Shown: positions 39,278 to 48,702 of the stretch, in pieces
Numbering within the stretch: the first letter of the stretch is position 1
Layout of the letters: every line of letters begins with the position of its first letter
Origin: Deltaproteobacteria bacterium
GTDB taxonomy: Bacteria; Desulfobacterota; Binatia; Binatales; Binataceae
Assembly: GCA_003135855.1 (NCBI GenBank)
Contig: PNBD01000044.1
Location: 10,905 to 74,904 of the forward strand
Length of the DNA stretch: 64,000 bases
Direction: 5' to 3'
Program-made: the position numbers and the translations under genes
Notes under the pieces: generated by a model
Database searches by the model: none
What the model saw: the letters and a program-made list of their open reading frames with translations, nothing else
What the model was told of the DNA's origin: nothing

Positions 39278-39682
39278 ATGAAACACGACAGCCGGGGTCT
39301 CGCAGTCACCACCGATTCCGACTCGGTGATCCGAGCGATCGATCACTACGCGCACGAACTCGTCTCGCTGGGCTCCAACTCCGCGCTGGTGAGGTACGCG
39401 GCTGACGCGAATCCCGGCTGCGCGATGCTGCAGGCGTACGCGGCCTCGATGTTTCTTTATTCGCAAACCACCGCCGACGCGAAGAAAGCCGCGCCCTATC
39501 TTGCGCGCGCACGCGAGCGCCTCGGCGATCTGACTGAACGCGAGCAGGTCTTCATTCGTGCTGTGGATGCAGGATGCGCCGGCGACTTCGAATCGGCGCT
39601 GAAACACTACGAAACAATCGCCGACCGCTGGCCGCGCGATATGGTGGCCGCGAAAATTGCGGACTTTCACTTTTTCGTCTGA
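39278..39682 (+). CDS. Hypothetical protein (134 aa), resembles only the N-terminal part of longer helical-repeat/TPR-like proteins
   Basis: Helical. Ends abruptly 24 nt before the next gene, so it may be a truncated remnant. Confidence 0.4.
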   Translation: MKHDSRGLAVTTDSDSVIRAIDHYAHELVSLGSNSALVRYAADANPGCAMLQAYAASMFLYSQTTADAKKAAPYLARARERLGDLTEREQVFIRAVDAGCAGDFESALKHYETIADRWPRDMVAAKIADFHFFV

Positions 39683-39705
39683 CGTTCAGCAATTGCGAGC
39701 CTGAG

Positions 39706-41421
39706 ATGGAATTTTCGCCAGCGCCGCCGGCACGCATACAGAACGCTGCTAGCTGGCCACGGTTCTCAAAGGCGTTGGGCAACGTTCAATTGATCCGCAT
39801 AGTTCGAAAATCGAGAACGGCCGCGCTCGCGCTGTTATGGATTGTTTGGCTCGTGCCGCCAGTCGCGGCGGCCCCGACTCGATCGCCGACGCCAGCGGTT
39901 ATTTCATCTGAAGATCTGGCCTCCGACACGTTAAATCGCCTTGCGGTGCGGCGATTCGGGGCGCTCAGCGCCGCCGAACTGAAACTCGTACGCGCCGCGT
40001 CGCATCGCGAACTCCCGTGGCTTGGACCGAGCGACGATCCCGACGCGCCCGCCAATGACGTTGCGCATGGCGAGCAATGGGGACCCGAGCGCACCGTTCG
40101 CGCCGAGATCATTCGGTGGCTGATTGCCGATGCGGAAGCGTCGCGATTGGTCCACTCGAGCGGGCTTGCGATGGGCGGCGCGCGAATTGCCGGCGCACTC
40201 GATCTCTCCTACACCAACTTCGATAAGCCGATCACGATTCTCAGCTGCTACGAGCCCGACAAGATCGATCTGCGGTCGGCTCATCTGGTGGAATTTATCG
40301 TGCGCCGTTCCAATACCGGACCGGTACCGGCAGATTCGTTGAACATTGCGGGCGACCTCTCTTTTATCATGGGCAAGTATGGCTCGATGAGTTTCTTTCG
40401 CGCCCGCATTCACGGGAACTTCGATCTTACCGGCGCGCGCGTCATGGAGTCGGGCCAGGACACGGTTAACCTGGTCGAAGCGACGGTCGGTGGCGATGCC
40501 GTCTTTCAGGACGGATTCACCACCGACGGGACGGTCGATGTGAGGCTGGCAAAAATCGGCCACGATCTCAGTTTTCACGGCGTCGCTTTTACCGGCGCCG
40601 GCGACAACGGTCTCAACGCCGAGCGGGTAATTTTCGACGGCACCTTTTACTGGACTGATATTCAGCACACAAAAAAAACCGTGCTCGATCTCGAAGACGC
40701 GCACGCGGGCGCGATTTGGGACGACGAAGCAAGCTGGCCGGCGCCGGGTAATCTGGTGGTCAGCGGCTTCGTTTACAATGAAATCGCGGGCGGTCCGAGC
40801 GAGGCCGCGGATCGTTTGCGATGGCTCGGCTTGCAATCGCCCGGCTATCGCCCTCAGCCATATCGGCAACTGGCCAAGGTGTTGACCGACAACGGCCGCG
40901 AGAACGGCGCGACCGAAGTGCGGATCGCGAAGGAAATCGCGCTCAGGCATTTCGGTCATCTGAGCCCGCTGCAACGCGCATGGAGCATCCTGCTCCAGGT
41001 CACGATCGGGTTCGGTTACCGGCCGCTGCGGGCGCTCTGGTGGATTGGCGGCTTTGTGATTTTGGGCACGGTGCTGTTCGGCTGGGGTTATCGCTCAGGG
41101 CTGATCACGCCGACCGACGAACGCGCCTACCAGGCATTCGTCAAGACCGCCGAGGCGCCGCCGCACTATCCCTCGTTCAATCCGTTCGTGTATTCGCTGG
41201 AAAATTTCCTGCCGGTGGTGGTGCTCTATCAGGATCAATACTGGCGGCCGAATGCTCGCCACAATATTCGCGGACGCGTGCGGCGCGCCACTGATCCGCT
41301 CGATGCGGATTCGATACCGAGCCGATTGCTCAGGGCGTATCTTTGGTTGCACATTCTCGCCGGATGGATGATCACGCCGCTGCTATTTGCGGGCCTGTCC
41401 GGCCTGGTCCGCCCCGACTAA
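39706..41421 (+). CDS. Membrane protein of unknown family: N-terminal signal/anchor, central repeat region, two C-terminal TM helices
   Basis: Hydrophobic TAALALLWIVWLVPPVAAAP. A central run of ~20-aa units (GARIAGALDLSYTNF.., AHLVEFIVRRSNTG.., DSLNIAGDLSFIMG.., GARVMESGQDTVNLVEATVGGDAVFQDG..) consistent with a beta-helix. C-terminal TMs WWIGGFVILGTVLFGW and YLWLHILAGWMITPLLFAGL. Confidence 0.55.
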   Translation: MEFSPAPPARIQNAASWPRFSKALGNVQLIRIVRKSRTAALALLWIVWLVPPVAAAPTRSPTPAVISSEDLASDTLNRLAVRRFGALSAAELKLVRAASHRELPWLGPSDDPDAPANDVAHGEQWGPERTVRAEIIRWLIADAEASRLVHSSGLAMGGARIAGALDLSYTNFDKPITILSCYEPDKIDLRSAHLVEFIVRRSNTGPVPADSLNIAGDLSFIMGKYGSMSFFRARIHGNFDLTGARVMESGQDTVNLVEATVGGDAVFQDGFTTDGTVDVRLAKIGHDLSFHGVAFTGAGDNGLNAERVIFDGTFYWTDIQHTKKTVLDLEDAHAGAIWDDEASWPAPGNLVVSGFVYNEIAGGPSEAADRLRWLGLQSPGYRPQPYRQLAKVLTDNGRENGATEVRIAKEIALRHFGHLSPLQRAWSILLQVTIGFGYRPLRALWWIGGFVILGTVLFGWGYRSGLITPTDERAYQAFVKTAEAPPHYPSFNPFVYSLENFLPVVVLYQDQYWRPNARHNIRGRVRRATDPLDADSIPSRLLRAYLWLHILAGWMITPLLFAGLSGLVRPD

Positions 41422-41494
41422 GATGGCGCTTCAGTTCAGACAAGCGACTATCGGCGAACAGCCATAGCAGTCGATAGCTGTTCTTACGATCCAG

Positions 41495-42958
41495 CTAGTA
41501 AGCTCCCATGTTGGTGCTACCAGTGGTAAGCCCCGGCAGACCTGCTCCGATACATGGGCTGCCGCTCAGCAGATGGAAATCGTCGGCCGCCGCGTTGACA
41601 TAGAGCGGATCGACGCCGTCGAGATCGTGCGGTCCTTTCGGACCACCAACCGGACCACGGCTGGCGCCATCGTCGTTGTAGTCCCAGGTCGGAGTCGTGC
41701 AGTTGTGGCCGTCGTAGTAGGTGCTCGTGGTATCGAGAATGTTATTGCGCACGTCGAAGGTGACGTTTCCGCAGGAAGGATCTCCACCGGTCACCACCGC
41801 GGACTGGGTGCCCAGGTAAGCGGTGTTGTTGTACACCCGACAGGTCGAAGATACGTTGGTACCAAAGCCGCCCCATTCACACTCGAACCCGTTGGGAGCG
41901 TTGTACACAACGTTCTGCTGCCAAGTGATATCGCCTGCCGGTATTTGCGGATTCTCGAAGTAGAATGCCGAGCCTTGCGAAGATCCGGCTCCATTGACGG
42001 TGTTACCCTTTACCAGCGCCCCGACTGACGACTTTACGTCGATACAATTGTGAAGCCATCCCGAGCAATAGTTCCCTTGTATAAGTGGCGCGCCAGTGTC
42101 CTTGTGCACCTGAATGCAGTTGTGGCCGCCGCAGGCTGTTACCGAGTTGTTGAGAAACTGTACGCCGTCGGCCGCTGCGTTTTCGTCGAGAAACATAAGC
42201 TGGTTGCTATAAGTGCCGTCGTCGGTGGTCGGGCCGGTATCGTGGATGTTCATATTCTGGACGACAATACCGGGCATACCGAAGCTGCCGCCGGCATTCT
42301 GGTAAAACAGGACACCATAGTGTGAGGTATTGCGGCACTCGAAACCATCAATCGTGATGTAAGACCACAGCGGGCTACTACCGCCGCCGGTTGCTCTCGC
42401 ATAGAAGCACGCAGTCGCGCCGCCTGACCTTCCGCCGCCGTCTATCACAGGGAGGGCGCCGGTGCCGTAATTGCCAATCACAATGGGATTGCCCGCAGCG
42501 CCGTTGACGTGGGTCGGCATCGTGATTCCACCGCTCCAAGTGCCACCACGTTCGAAGAGAAGGGCAGTTCCCGCCGTGGCACCTGCAAGCAGGTTCTGGG
42601 CTTTCGCGAGGCTCCAACAAGGTGCGCTTTGCGTACATGGGCTTGAGTCAGATCCAGAAGGTGAAAAGTAGTAGGTGGTCGCCGGTCCCGGCGTACCGGT
42701 TGCAGTAGGCGTTGGCGTGGTCGTCGGTGTGGGACTTGGAGCAGCCGTTGGAGTAGGTGACGGTGTCGTCGTCGGTGTGGGACTCGGACTAGCAGTTCGA
42801 GTAGGTGTTGGCGTACGTGTGGGAGTAGGAGGCTTACCTTTGTTGGGTTTGGATGACGGGACAGCGCCAGCAGTGCCGCTGAGCGCGAGCAGCATCGCTC
42901 CGAGGAGTACACCGATGACGCGCGCGTCGAAGTGGCCGATCTTGTACCTGTGTCGCAT
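41495..42958 (-). CDS. Secreted right-handed parallel beta-helix (pectin-lyase-fold) protein with Pro/Thr-rich linker
   Basis: Signal peptide, ~60-aa (PTPT)n linker, then NxxxxGN-type beta-helix repeats. Confidence 0.7.
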   Translation of the reverse strand: MRHRYKIGHFDARVIGVLLGAMLLALSGTAGAVPSSKPNKGKPPTPTRTPTPTRTASPSPTPTTTPSPTPTAAPSPTPTTTPTPTATGTPGPATTYYFSPSGSDSSPCTQSAPCWSLAKAQNLLAGATAGTALLFERGGTWSGGITMPTHVNGAAGNPIVIGNYGTGALPVIDGGGRSGGATACFYARATGGGSSPLWSYITIDGFECRNTSHYGVLFYQNAGGSFGMPGIVVQNMNIHDTGPTTDDGTYSNQLMFLDENAAADGVQFLNNSVTACGGHNCIQVHKDTGAPLIQGNYCSGWLHNCIDVKSSVGALVKGNTVNGAGSSQGSAFYFENPQIPAGDITWQQNVVYNAPNGFECEWGGFGTNVSSTCRVYNNTAYLGTQSAVVTGGDPSCGNVTFDVRNNILDTTSTYYDGHNCTTPTWDYNDDGASRGPVGGPKGPHDLDGVDPLYVNAAADDFHLLSGSPCIGAGLPGLTTGSTNMGAY

Positions 42959-43192
42959 TTAACTAGCCTTCTCTCAAATCGGCTTCGAAGAGCCTCTTAC
43001 ATAGCGCCAGAAGCTAGTCGCAGACTTAATAGTTTTCAACTTTTAATGGTCGGAATTAGGCAACTTCGAGCTATGCTAGGCAAAATAATTTGCATTTTTT
43101 ACAAAACTGGAGATCGACGCTATCCGCAGCTACTCCAGTATTCCACCGACTCCTGACGAACCGTGTGCGCGGCACCTGATATGCTCTAAGGC

Positions 43193-43975
43193 GTGAACCA
43201 GCAGCCACAGATGAGCACGCTCATCATCATAGTTTGCGCGCTCATGCTCGGCGTGGTTGCGGTTGCGCGAACGCCGGCATCCGCGCTGGCGCAGTCGACG
43301 CTCGAAGTCCCGCAGCCGACGCAGCAGAATCAGCCGTACATCCAGCCATCGCCACCGATATTTGTGCTGCCCGCGCCGCGCGAAGGCGAGCCTATACAAT
43401 TGTTGCCGCCGCAATGGTTCGTGGCTCAACCGACGCCGGTTCCGCCGCCGCCGGTCACGCGTCCGATTCCAGTCGAACCGCCGCCGCCGAGGATAACCGC
43501 GCCACTGACTGCGCAAGGACCGGCCCTGCCCGCAGTGTTCCGCGGATGCTGGCAAGGCGTGGTCGGCAATGTCGATTGGATTCGTCGCGAACCGGGCGCG
43601 CATAAACTTGGCTACTGGACGCCCAAGACCTATCGCATCTGCTACAAGCGCGTCGGGAGTGAGCCGTTCAAGATGACCTTCACCGAAACCGGCATCGCGC
43701 CCAACGATCAGCTGTTCAACGTGCGCGGCAGCGTGGCGCCGCTGACGACCGACGGCCGCAATTTCGCAACGATGCGCGCGAAGTTGCACTTCGACGAGTA
43801 CAGCGTCGGGCGTTACGCGACCGCGCCGACTTTCGCGGTCGATGAGGTGACGCATCTCGACTGCAAAATCAGCGGCGAGTTGATGACCGTCAGCGCCGAG
43901 GTGTACGGCACGCGCGATGGCGACCCGTGGTTCCGCGCACATTGGCGCGCCGACTTCCGTCATTTCCGCGAGTAG
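43193..43975 (+). CDS. Secreted hypothetical protein with Pro-rich linker
   Basis: Signal-like MSTLIIIVCALMLGVVAVA, a Pro-rich stretch (PTPVPPPPVTRPIPVEPPPPR), and a C-terminal globular region. The overlapping minus-strand ORF is antisense. Confidence 0.5.
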   Translation: MNQQPQMSTLIIIVCALMLGVVAVARTPASALAQSTLEVPQPTQQNQPYIQPSPPIFVLPAPREGEPIQLLPPQWFVAQPTPVPPPPVTRPIPVEPPPPRITAPLTAQGPALPAVFRGCWQGVVGNVDWIRREPGAHKLGYWTPKTYRICYKRVGSEPFKMTFTETGIAPNDQLFNVRGSVAPLTTDGRNFATMRAKLHFDEYSVGRYATAPTFAVDEVTHLDCKISGELMTVSAEVYGTRDGDPWFRAHWRADFRHFRE

Positions 43976-44063
43976 CGCGATTCGCGCTTGCTATCGACGG
44001 TGAGACGGGCCTAGGGTTTTTGAGTGACGCCGCAGATCGGCGAATGCCGCGAAGGAGACCCGC

Positions 44064-45008
44064 ATGGCCACTGCCCTCGACCCTCAGACGAAACAATTCC
44101 TCGAGCTCGCCAACGCGGCCGGTCCGATGTTTCTGCGCGCCGAAACTCCCGAGCAGGCGCGCGCGAAGATGCAAGCGCTGCTCGCGGCCAGTCCACTTCC
44201 ACCGGCGACGATCTATCGCGTCGAGGATCGGCACATACCGGGACCAGCGGGGCAGCTACCCGTGCGCGTCTACACTCCCGAGGCGCAGCCGCCGATGGGC
44301 GTGTTGGTGTACTACCACGGCGGCGGCTGGGTGCTAGGCGATCTCGAGAGTCATGACAACGTTTGTCGGGCGCTCGCGAACGGAGCGGGATGCGTGGTCG
44401 TGTCGGTCGATTACCGGCTTGCCCCGGAGCATAAATTTCCGGCCGCGCCGGAGGATTGCTACGCGGCGACCAAGTGGGTTGCCGAAAATGCGCAATCGCT
44501 CGGCGGCGATCCGTCACGCATCGCAGTCGGCGGCGACAGTGCGGGCGGAAACCTCGCCGCGGCGGTAGCGATGATGGCGCGCGATCGCTCCGGCCCGGCG
44601 ATTCGATTCCAGTTACTGTTCTATCCGGTCACCGATTGCGCGCTGGATACGCCCTCGCAGAAGGAGTTCGCGGCGGACGGGTACGTGCTCTCGCGCGGCG
44701 ACATGGAATGGTTCTGGAATCACTATCTGGAAGCGGGCGCCGATCGACAAAATCCTTACGCGTGTCCGCTGCGCGGGAAAAATCTTGCGAACCTGCCGCC
44801 GGCGTTGATTCTGACCGCAAGCCACGACCCGCTGCGCGACGAAGGCGAGCGATTTGCCGAACGCCTGATGACGAGCGGAACCAAGGTGAGCTGCACGCGC
44901 TACGACGGCGTGGTGCACGGATTTATCAGTTTCGCGGATGCGCTCGACCAGGGAAAAAAGGGCCTCGAGCAGGCGGCGGAGGCATTGCGGAAAGCGTTCG
45001 CGGGCTAA
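44064..45008 (+). CDS. Alpha/beta hydrolase, HSL-family esterase/lipase
   Basis: HGGGW oxyanion motif and GDSAGG nucleophile elbow. Confidence 0.85.
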   Translation: MATALDPQTKQFLELANAAGPMFLRAETPEQARAKMQALLAASPLPPATIYRVEDRHIPGPAGQLPVRVYTPEAQPPMGVLVYYHGGGWVLGDLESHDNVCRALANGAGCVVVSVDYRLAPEHKFPAAPEDCYAATKWVAENAQSLGGDPSRIAVGGDSAGGNLAAAVAMMARDRSGPAIRFQLLFYPVTDCALDTPSQKEFAADGYVLSRGDMEWFWNHYLEAGADRQNPYACPLRGKNLANLPPALILTASHDPLRDEGERFAERLMTSGTKVSCTRYDGVVHGFISFADALDQGKKGLEQAAEALRKAFAG

Positions 45009-45066
45009 TCGCGGCACTGTCGCGACGACTTATGCGACCGGTCAGCGTGCAGTATATTCTGCCGCT

Positions 45067-45936
45067 ATGGCGAACCCCGTTCCGCGCCACGAGAATGACG
45101 ACGGCCCGTTCATCCGGCCTCGTCCCGGTCCGCTCGACGACCTCTATCATCATCTGCTGACGGCCTCGTGGCCGGCACTGATCGCAATCATCGCGGGAGC
45201 TTTCGTTGTCGCGAATCTCTTGTTCGCGACGGGCTACTACCTTGACGGCGGGATCGAGAACGCTCGATCCGGTTCGTTCCTCGACATGTTTTTTTTCAGT
45301 GTGCAGACGATGGCGACGATCGGCTACGGCAAAATGGAGCCGGCCTCGCTGATCAGCAACGTCCTGGTTTCGATCGAGGCGCTTTGCGGGCTGCTGGGGC
45401 TGGCGGTGGTTACCGGACTGGTCTTCTCGAAATTTTCCCGACCGACAGCGCGCGTCAGATTCAGCCGCTACGCGATTGTGGCGCCGCGTGACGGCGTGCC
45501 GAGCCTGATGTTCCGGATGGCCAACTTGCGCGCCAACCGGATCGTCGAGGGCGAAATCCACGTGGTGCTCGCGCGCCAGGAAGAGACCCTCGAGGGCGAC
45601 TCGGTGCGGCGCTTTTACGACCTGACCATGTCGCGTTCGCGAAGCTCGCTGTTCATGTTGACCTGGACCGCGATTCATCCGCTCGTCGAGAACAGTCCGC
45701 TGCACGGACAGACTCGCGAATCGCTGGCGCGCTGCGATGGCGAGATAATCGTCTCATTGACCGGCCTCGACGAGACCTTCTCGCAAACCGTCCATGCGCG
45801 GCATACGTATGGCTTCTACGATATCCAATGGGGTGTGAGATTTGTCGATGTCATGAAGAGGCAGCCCGACGGCCAAATTGTGATCGATTACACCCACTTC
45901 GACGACATCGAACCGCTGCTGCCGGCGAAACAGTAA
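45067..45936 (+). CDS. Inward-rectifier-type potassium channel (KirBac-like)
   Basis: ATG 45067. Two TMs flanking a pore helix with the TIGYG selectivity filter, and a C-terminal Kir cytoplasmic beta-domain. Confidence 0.8.
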   Translation: MANPVPRHENDDGPFIRPRPGPLDDLYHHLLTASWPALIAIIAGAFVVANLLFATGYYLDGGIENARSGSFLDMFFFSVQTMATIGYGKMEPASLISNVLVSIEALCGLLGLAVVTGLVFSKFSRPTARVRFSRYAIVAPRDGVPSLMFRMANLRANRIVEGEIHVVLARQEETLEGDSVRRFYDLTMSRSRSSLFMLTWTAIHPLVENSPLHGQTRESLARCDGEIIVSLTGLDETFSQTVHARHTYGFYDIQWGVRFVDVMKRQPDGQIVIDYTHFDDIEPLLPAKQ

Positions 45937-45956
45937 ATTCATCGCAAATCGCGCCT

Positions 45957-46002
45957 TAGCCCTCCTTAGCTATTCAGACAGCCCTTGAAATCTGGGCATC
46001 AC
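45957..46002. repeat. Left copy of a ~46-bp direct repeat flanking the Fic cassette
   Basis: TAGCCCTCCTTAGCTATTCAGACAGCCCTTGAAATCTGGGCAT. It matches 47487-47531 with 3 mismatches. Confidence 0.6.
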
Positions 46003-46069
46003 GATTGGCTACGCGACCGCGAAGTTCGTTCCATGGGAAAACCTGTATATTTCCAATTAAAATATTTGC

Positions 46070-47263
46070 TTGAAAACTTTAATCAAAGTAAGTACATTAA
46101 AATCTATGGACGCACGGGAATTCACGAAAGAAATGACAGGACAATTGGTGCGGATTCCAAACGGGCCACCCGATATTCAAATTGGCTTTGTTCCTAATCC
46201 GTTGCCTCCGAAATGGAGCTGGCCCGAACGATTGTGGTCTTCGCTGGTCGCGGCGCGATCTGCTCTCGCCAGTCTTGATGGCGTCGGGAAGCACCTCCCG
46301 AATCCAGAAATTCTTATTTGGCCGCTTCAGCGCAGAGAAGCGCAGCTTTCATCGCAACTTGAAGGAACGATTACGAATCCGCAGCAGCAGGTGCTGTTCG
46401 AGGCTGATCCGAAATACCCAATATCGCCATCCGATCCAGCCAACGCCTATCGAGAGGTTTTCAATTACAGAGAGGCATTGCGGCTGAGACTCGATGGCAG
46501 AAATCAGTTGCCGTTATCTCTCCGATTGATGCGCGATCTACATACGGTGCTGATGGACGGCGTTAGAGGCTCGAATCAGCAACCTGGCCAATTCAGAACC
46601 ATACAGAATCAAATCGGCAGACCGGCGCGATTCGTGCCTCCTCCGCCCTCACACTTACCCGAAGCTCTCGATGAACTGGAGAAATATCTTCATGTCAAAG
46701 ATTCTCCTTTTGATCCATTGGTCAGGGCTTTTCTCGTTCATTACCAGTTCGAGACCATTCATCCTTTCTGCGATGGCAATGGACGAGTTGGCAGACTTCT
46801 TCTGTCGGTTATGATCGCGGAGTGGTGCGGTCTTTCGAGTCAGTGGCTATACATGAGTCCGTTTTTCGAGAAAAACAGAAACAATTATATGGATTTGCTT
46901 AAGGGCGTCAGCACGCATGGAGCCTGGGACCTGTGGATCGAGTTCTGTTTAGATGGCGTAATTTCCCAAGCCAAAGACACGGAAAAGCGTTGCGATAGAT
47001 TGCTGCAACTACATCGGGATTTTCACAGTCGCCTAAAGGGAGGGAGCGTTCGATTGTCGCAGCTAGTTGATAACTTGTTTCAGAACCCGGTAATCACCGT
47101 ATCGAGGTATTCCAAACAATTCGTAGTTTCATATCCGACTGCGCGATCCGACCTCAAAAAACTTCACCAGTTGGGAATCGTGCAACCGCTGGATAGCGTT
47201 GATGTTATTACCTACTACTGTCCTAGCATTTATATGGTTACTTACGAGGACGTATCTGAGTAG
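46070..47263 (+). CDS. Fic-family protein (AMPylation/Fido domain)
   Basis: HPFCDGNGRVGRLL is the Fic motif HxFx(D/E)GNGRxxR. AT-rich promoter region. Noticeably lower GC than the surroundings. Confidence 0.85.
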   Translation: MKTLIKVSTLKSMDAREFTKEMTGQLVRIPNGPPDIQIGFVPNPLPPKWSWPERLWSSLVAARSALASLDGVGKHLPNPEILIWPLQRREAQLSSQLEGTITNPQQQVLFEADPKYPISPSDPANAYREVFNYREALRLRLDGRNQLPLSLRLMRDLHTVLMDGVRGSNQQPGQFRTIQNQIGRPARFVPPPPSHLPEALDELEKYLHVKDSPFDPLVRAFLVHYQFETIHPFCDGNGRVGRLLLSVMIAEWCGLSSQWLYMSPFFEKNRNNYMDLLKGVSTHGAWDLWIEFCLDGVISQAKDTEKRCDRLLQLHRDFHSRLKGGSVRLSQLVDNLFQNPVITVSRYSKQFVVSYPTARSDLKKLHQLGIVQPLDSVDVITYYCPSIYMVTYEDVSE

Positions 47264-47283
47264 CGAGAACGGACGCGCGTCTA

Positions 47284-47472
47284 TCACCGATTCCAGCGCG
47301 CTTCTGCAGCTTTCTTCGCAATTGCCTTGCGTTTGCGCGGACTCAACTTTGCGACGCGCGCCTTCCCGCCCTTTGACGCTCCGAGCGCGGAAAGCGCCTG
47401 CGCATGGGGGTTCTTGCCCTCTGCGGGCTTTAGGACTTCGCCGATTGCCGTTTCGCTATCTCGTAGTTTCAA
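47284..47472 (-). CDS. Small basic hypothetical protein (62 aa) convergent with fic, inside the repeat-bounded cassette
   Basis: Lys/Ala/Arg-rich C-terminal half (GASKGGKARVAKLSPRKRKAIAKKAAEARW). No family assigned from sequence alone. Confidence 0.35.
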   Translation of the reverse strand: MKLRDSETAIGEVLKPAEGKNPHAQALSALGASKGGKARVAKLSPRKRKAIAKKAAEARWNR

Positions 47473-47486
47473 AACCGCTCACTACC

Positions 47487-47531
47487 TAGCCCTCCTTAGC
47501 TATTCACACGGTCCTTGAAATCTGGGCATGA
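47487..47531. repeat. Right copy of the ~46-bp direct repeat
   Basis: TAGCCCTCCTTAGCTATTCACACGGTCCTTGAAATCTGGGCAT. Confidence 0.6.
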
Positions 47532-47579
47532 TCATGGACTGCTCGTGGGTCGTCGCGGCCCTTTAGATCGGGGAGACAA

Positions 47580-48701
47580 ATGAGCTCAAGCAAGTTGCGC
47601 AGATTCTTGATCGCGTTCGCGCGATGGTTCGATACTTCGGCCGGCGGCACACCGGAGTCCGACGGTCTACAGAAAACAGATTGGCTGCGATGCATCCCGT
47701 TCGCGCTCGTGCACCTGATGTGCCTCGGCGTGATTTGGGTCGGATGGAGTCCGATTGCGGTTGCGGTCGCAGTCGCGCTGTATTTCGTGCGGATGTTCGC
47801 GATCACCGGATTCTATCACCGCTATTTTTCGCATCGGACGTTCAAGACTTCGCGCTTCGCACAATTTCTGTTCGCCGTGATGGGCGCGACCTCGGCGCAA
47901 CGCGGCGCGCTCTGGTGGGCGTCGCATCATCGGTTGCACCATCAACGATCCGATGAGGAATCCGACGTTCATTCGCCGCGCCAGCACGGCTTCATCTGGA
48001 GTCACATTGGATGGATCACGTCGGAGTCGAACTTCCGCTCCGAGCTGCAGGTGGTGCGCGATCTCGCGAAATATCCGGAGCTGATGTTCCTCGATCGCTT
48101 CGACATCCTGGTGCCGACGGTGCTCGGGTTCTCGCTCTTCGGGTTGGGTGCGATGCTCGAGCGGTATGCGCCTGGTCTCCATACCAGCGGCGCGCAGATG
48201 CTGATCTGGGGCTTCTTCATTTCAACCGTCGTGCTGGCACACGGCACCTTCACGATCAATTCGCTTGCGCACGTGATTGGCCGCCGGCGCTTCGAGACCG
48301 GCGACGACAGCCGCAACAGTTTCGCGCTCGCGATGGTGACGCTCGGCGAAGGCTGGCACAACAATCACCATCATTTTCCCGCGGCGGCGCGCAACGGATT
48401 TTTTTGGTGGGAGATCGACATCACTTATTACGTTTTGAAGATGCTGGCCGCGTTGGGAATCATCTGGGAGCTCAGGCCGGTGCCCGAGCAACTGCTATAT
48501 GAAGATCGCGTAGTGCCTGTGCCGCGGAAGATTCCGATTGGCCGTACAGCCGCTGCGGGCCATGCGGTCGCACCGGCGAATCGCGAGCCGAACGCCGAAT
48601 GGCGAAGCGCTGCGGCCTCGACGCTGCAAGACGCGGCGGCGAAAGTAGCGCCGCTCGCGCGACTCGGCAGCGCGGCGACGGAGCCAGAAGCGGCCGGCTG
48701 A
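47580..48701 (+). CDS. Acyl-CoA (delta-9-type) fatty-acid desaturase
   Basis: Three His boxes: HRYFSHR, HHRLHH, HNNHHHFP. Four TMs. Confidence 0.85.
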   Translation: MSSSKLRRFLIAFARWFDTSAGGTPESDGLQKTDWLRCIPFALVHLMCLGVIWVGWSPIAVAVAVALYFVRMFAITGFYHRYFSHRTFKTSRFAQFLFAVMGATSAQRGALWWASHHRLHHQRSDEESDVHSPRQHGFIWSHIGWITSESNFRSELQVVRDLAKYPELMFLDRFDILVPTVLGFSLFGLGAMLERYAPGLHTSGAQMLIWGFFISTVVLAHGTFTINSLAHVIGRRRFETGDDSRNSFALAMVTLGEGWHNNHHHFPAAARNGFFWWEIDITYYVLKMLAALGIIWELRPVPEQLLYEDRVVPVPRKIPIGRTAAAGHAVAPANREPNAEWRSAAASTLQDAAAKVAPLARLGSAATEPEAAG

Positions 48702-48702
48702 G

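Noticed and set aside
38966-39670. 234-aa minus-strand ORF, plus 43130-43963, 44926-45705 and 63035-63919 minus-strand ORFs
   Set aside because: Each is antisense to a gene with strong family signatures (PPOX-like/TPR, Pro-rich secreted protein, esterase/Kir, epimerase). Typical GC-driven open frames.
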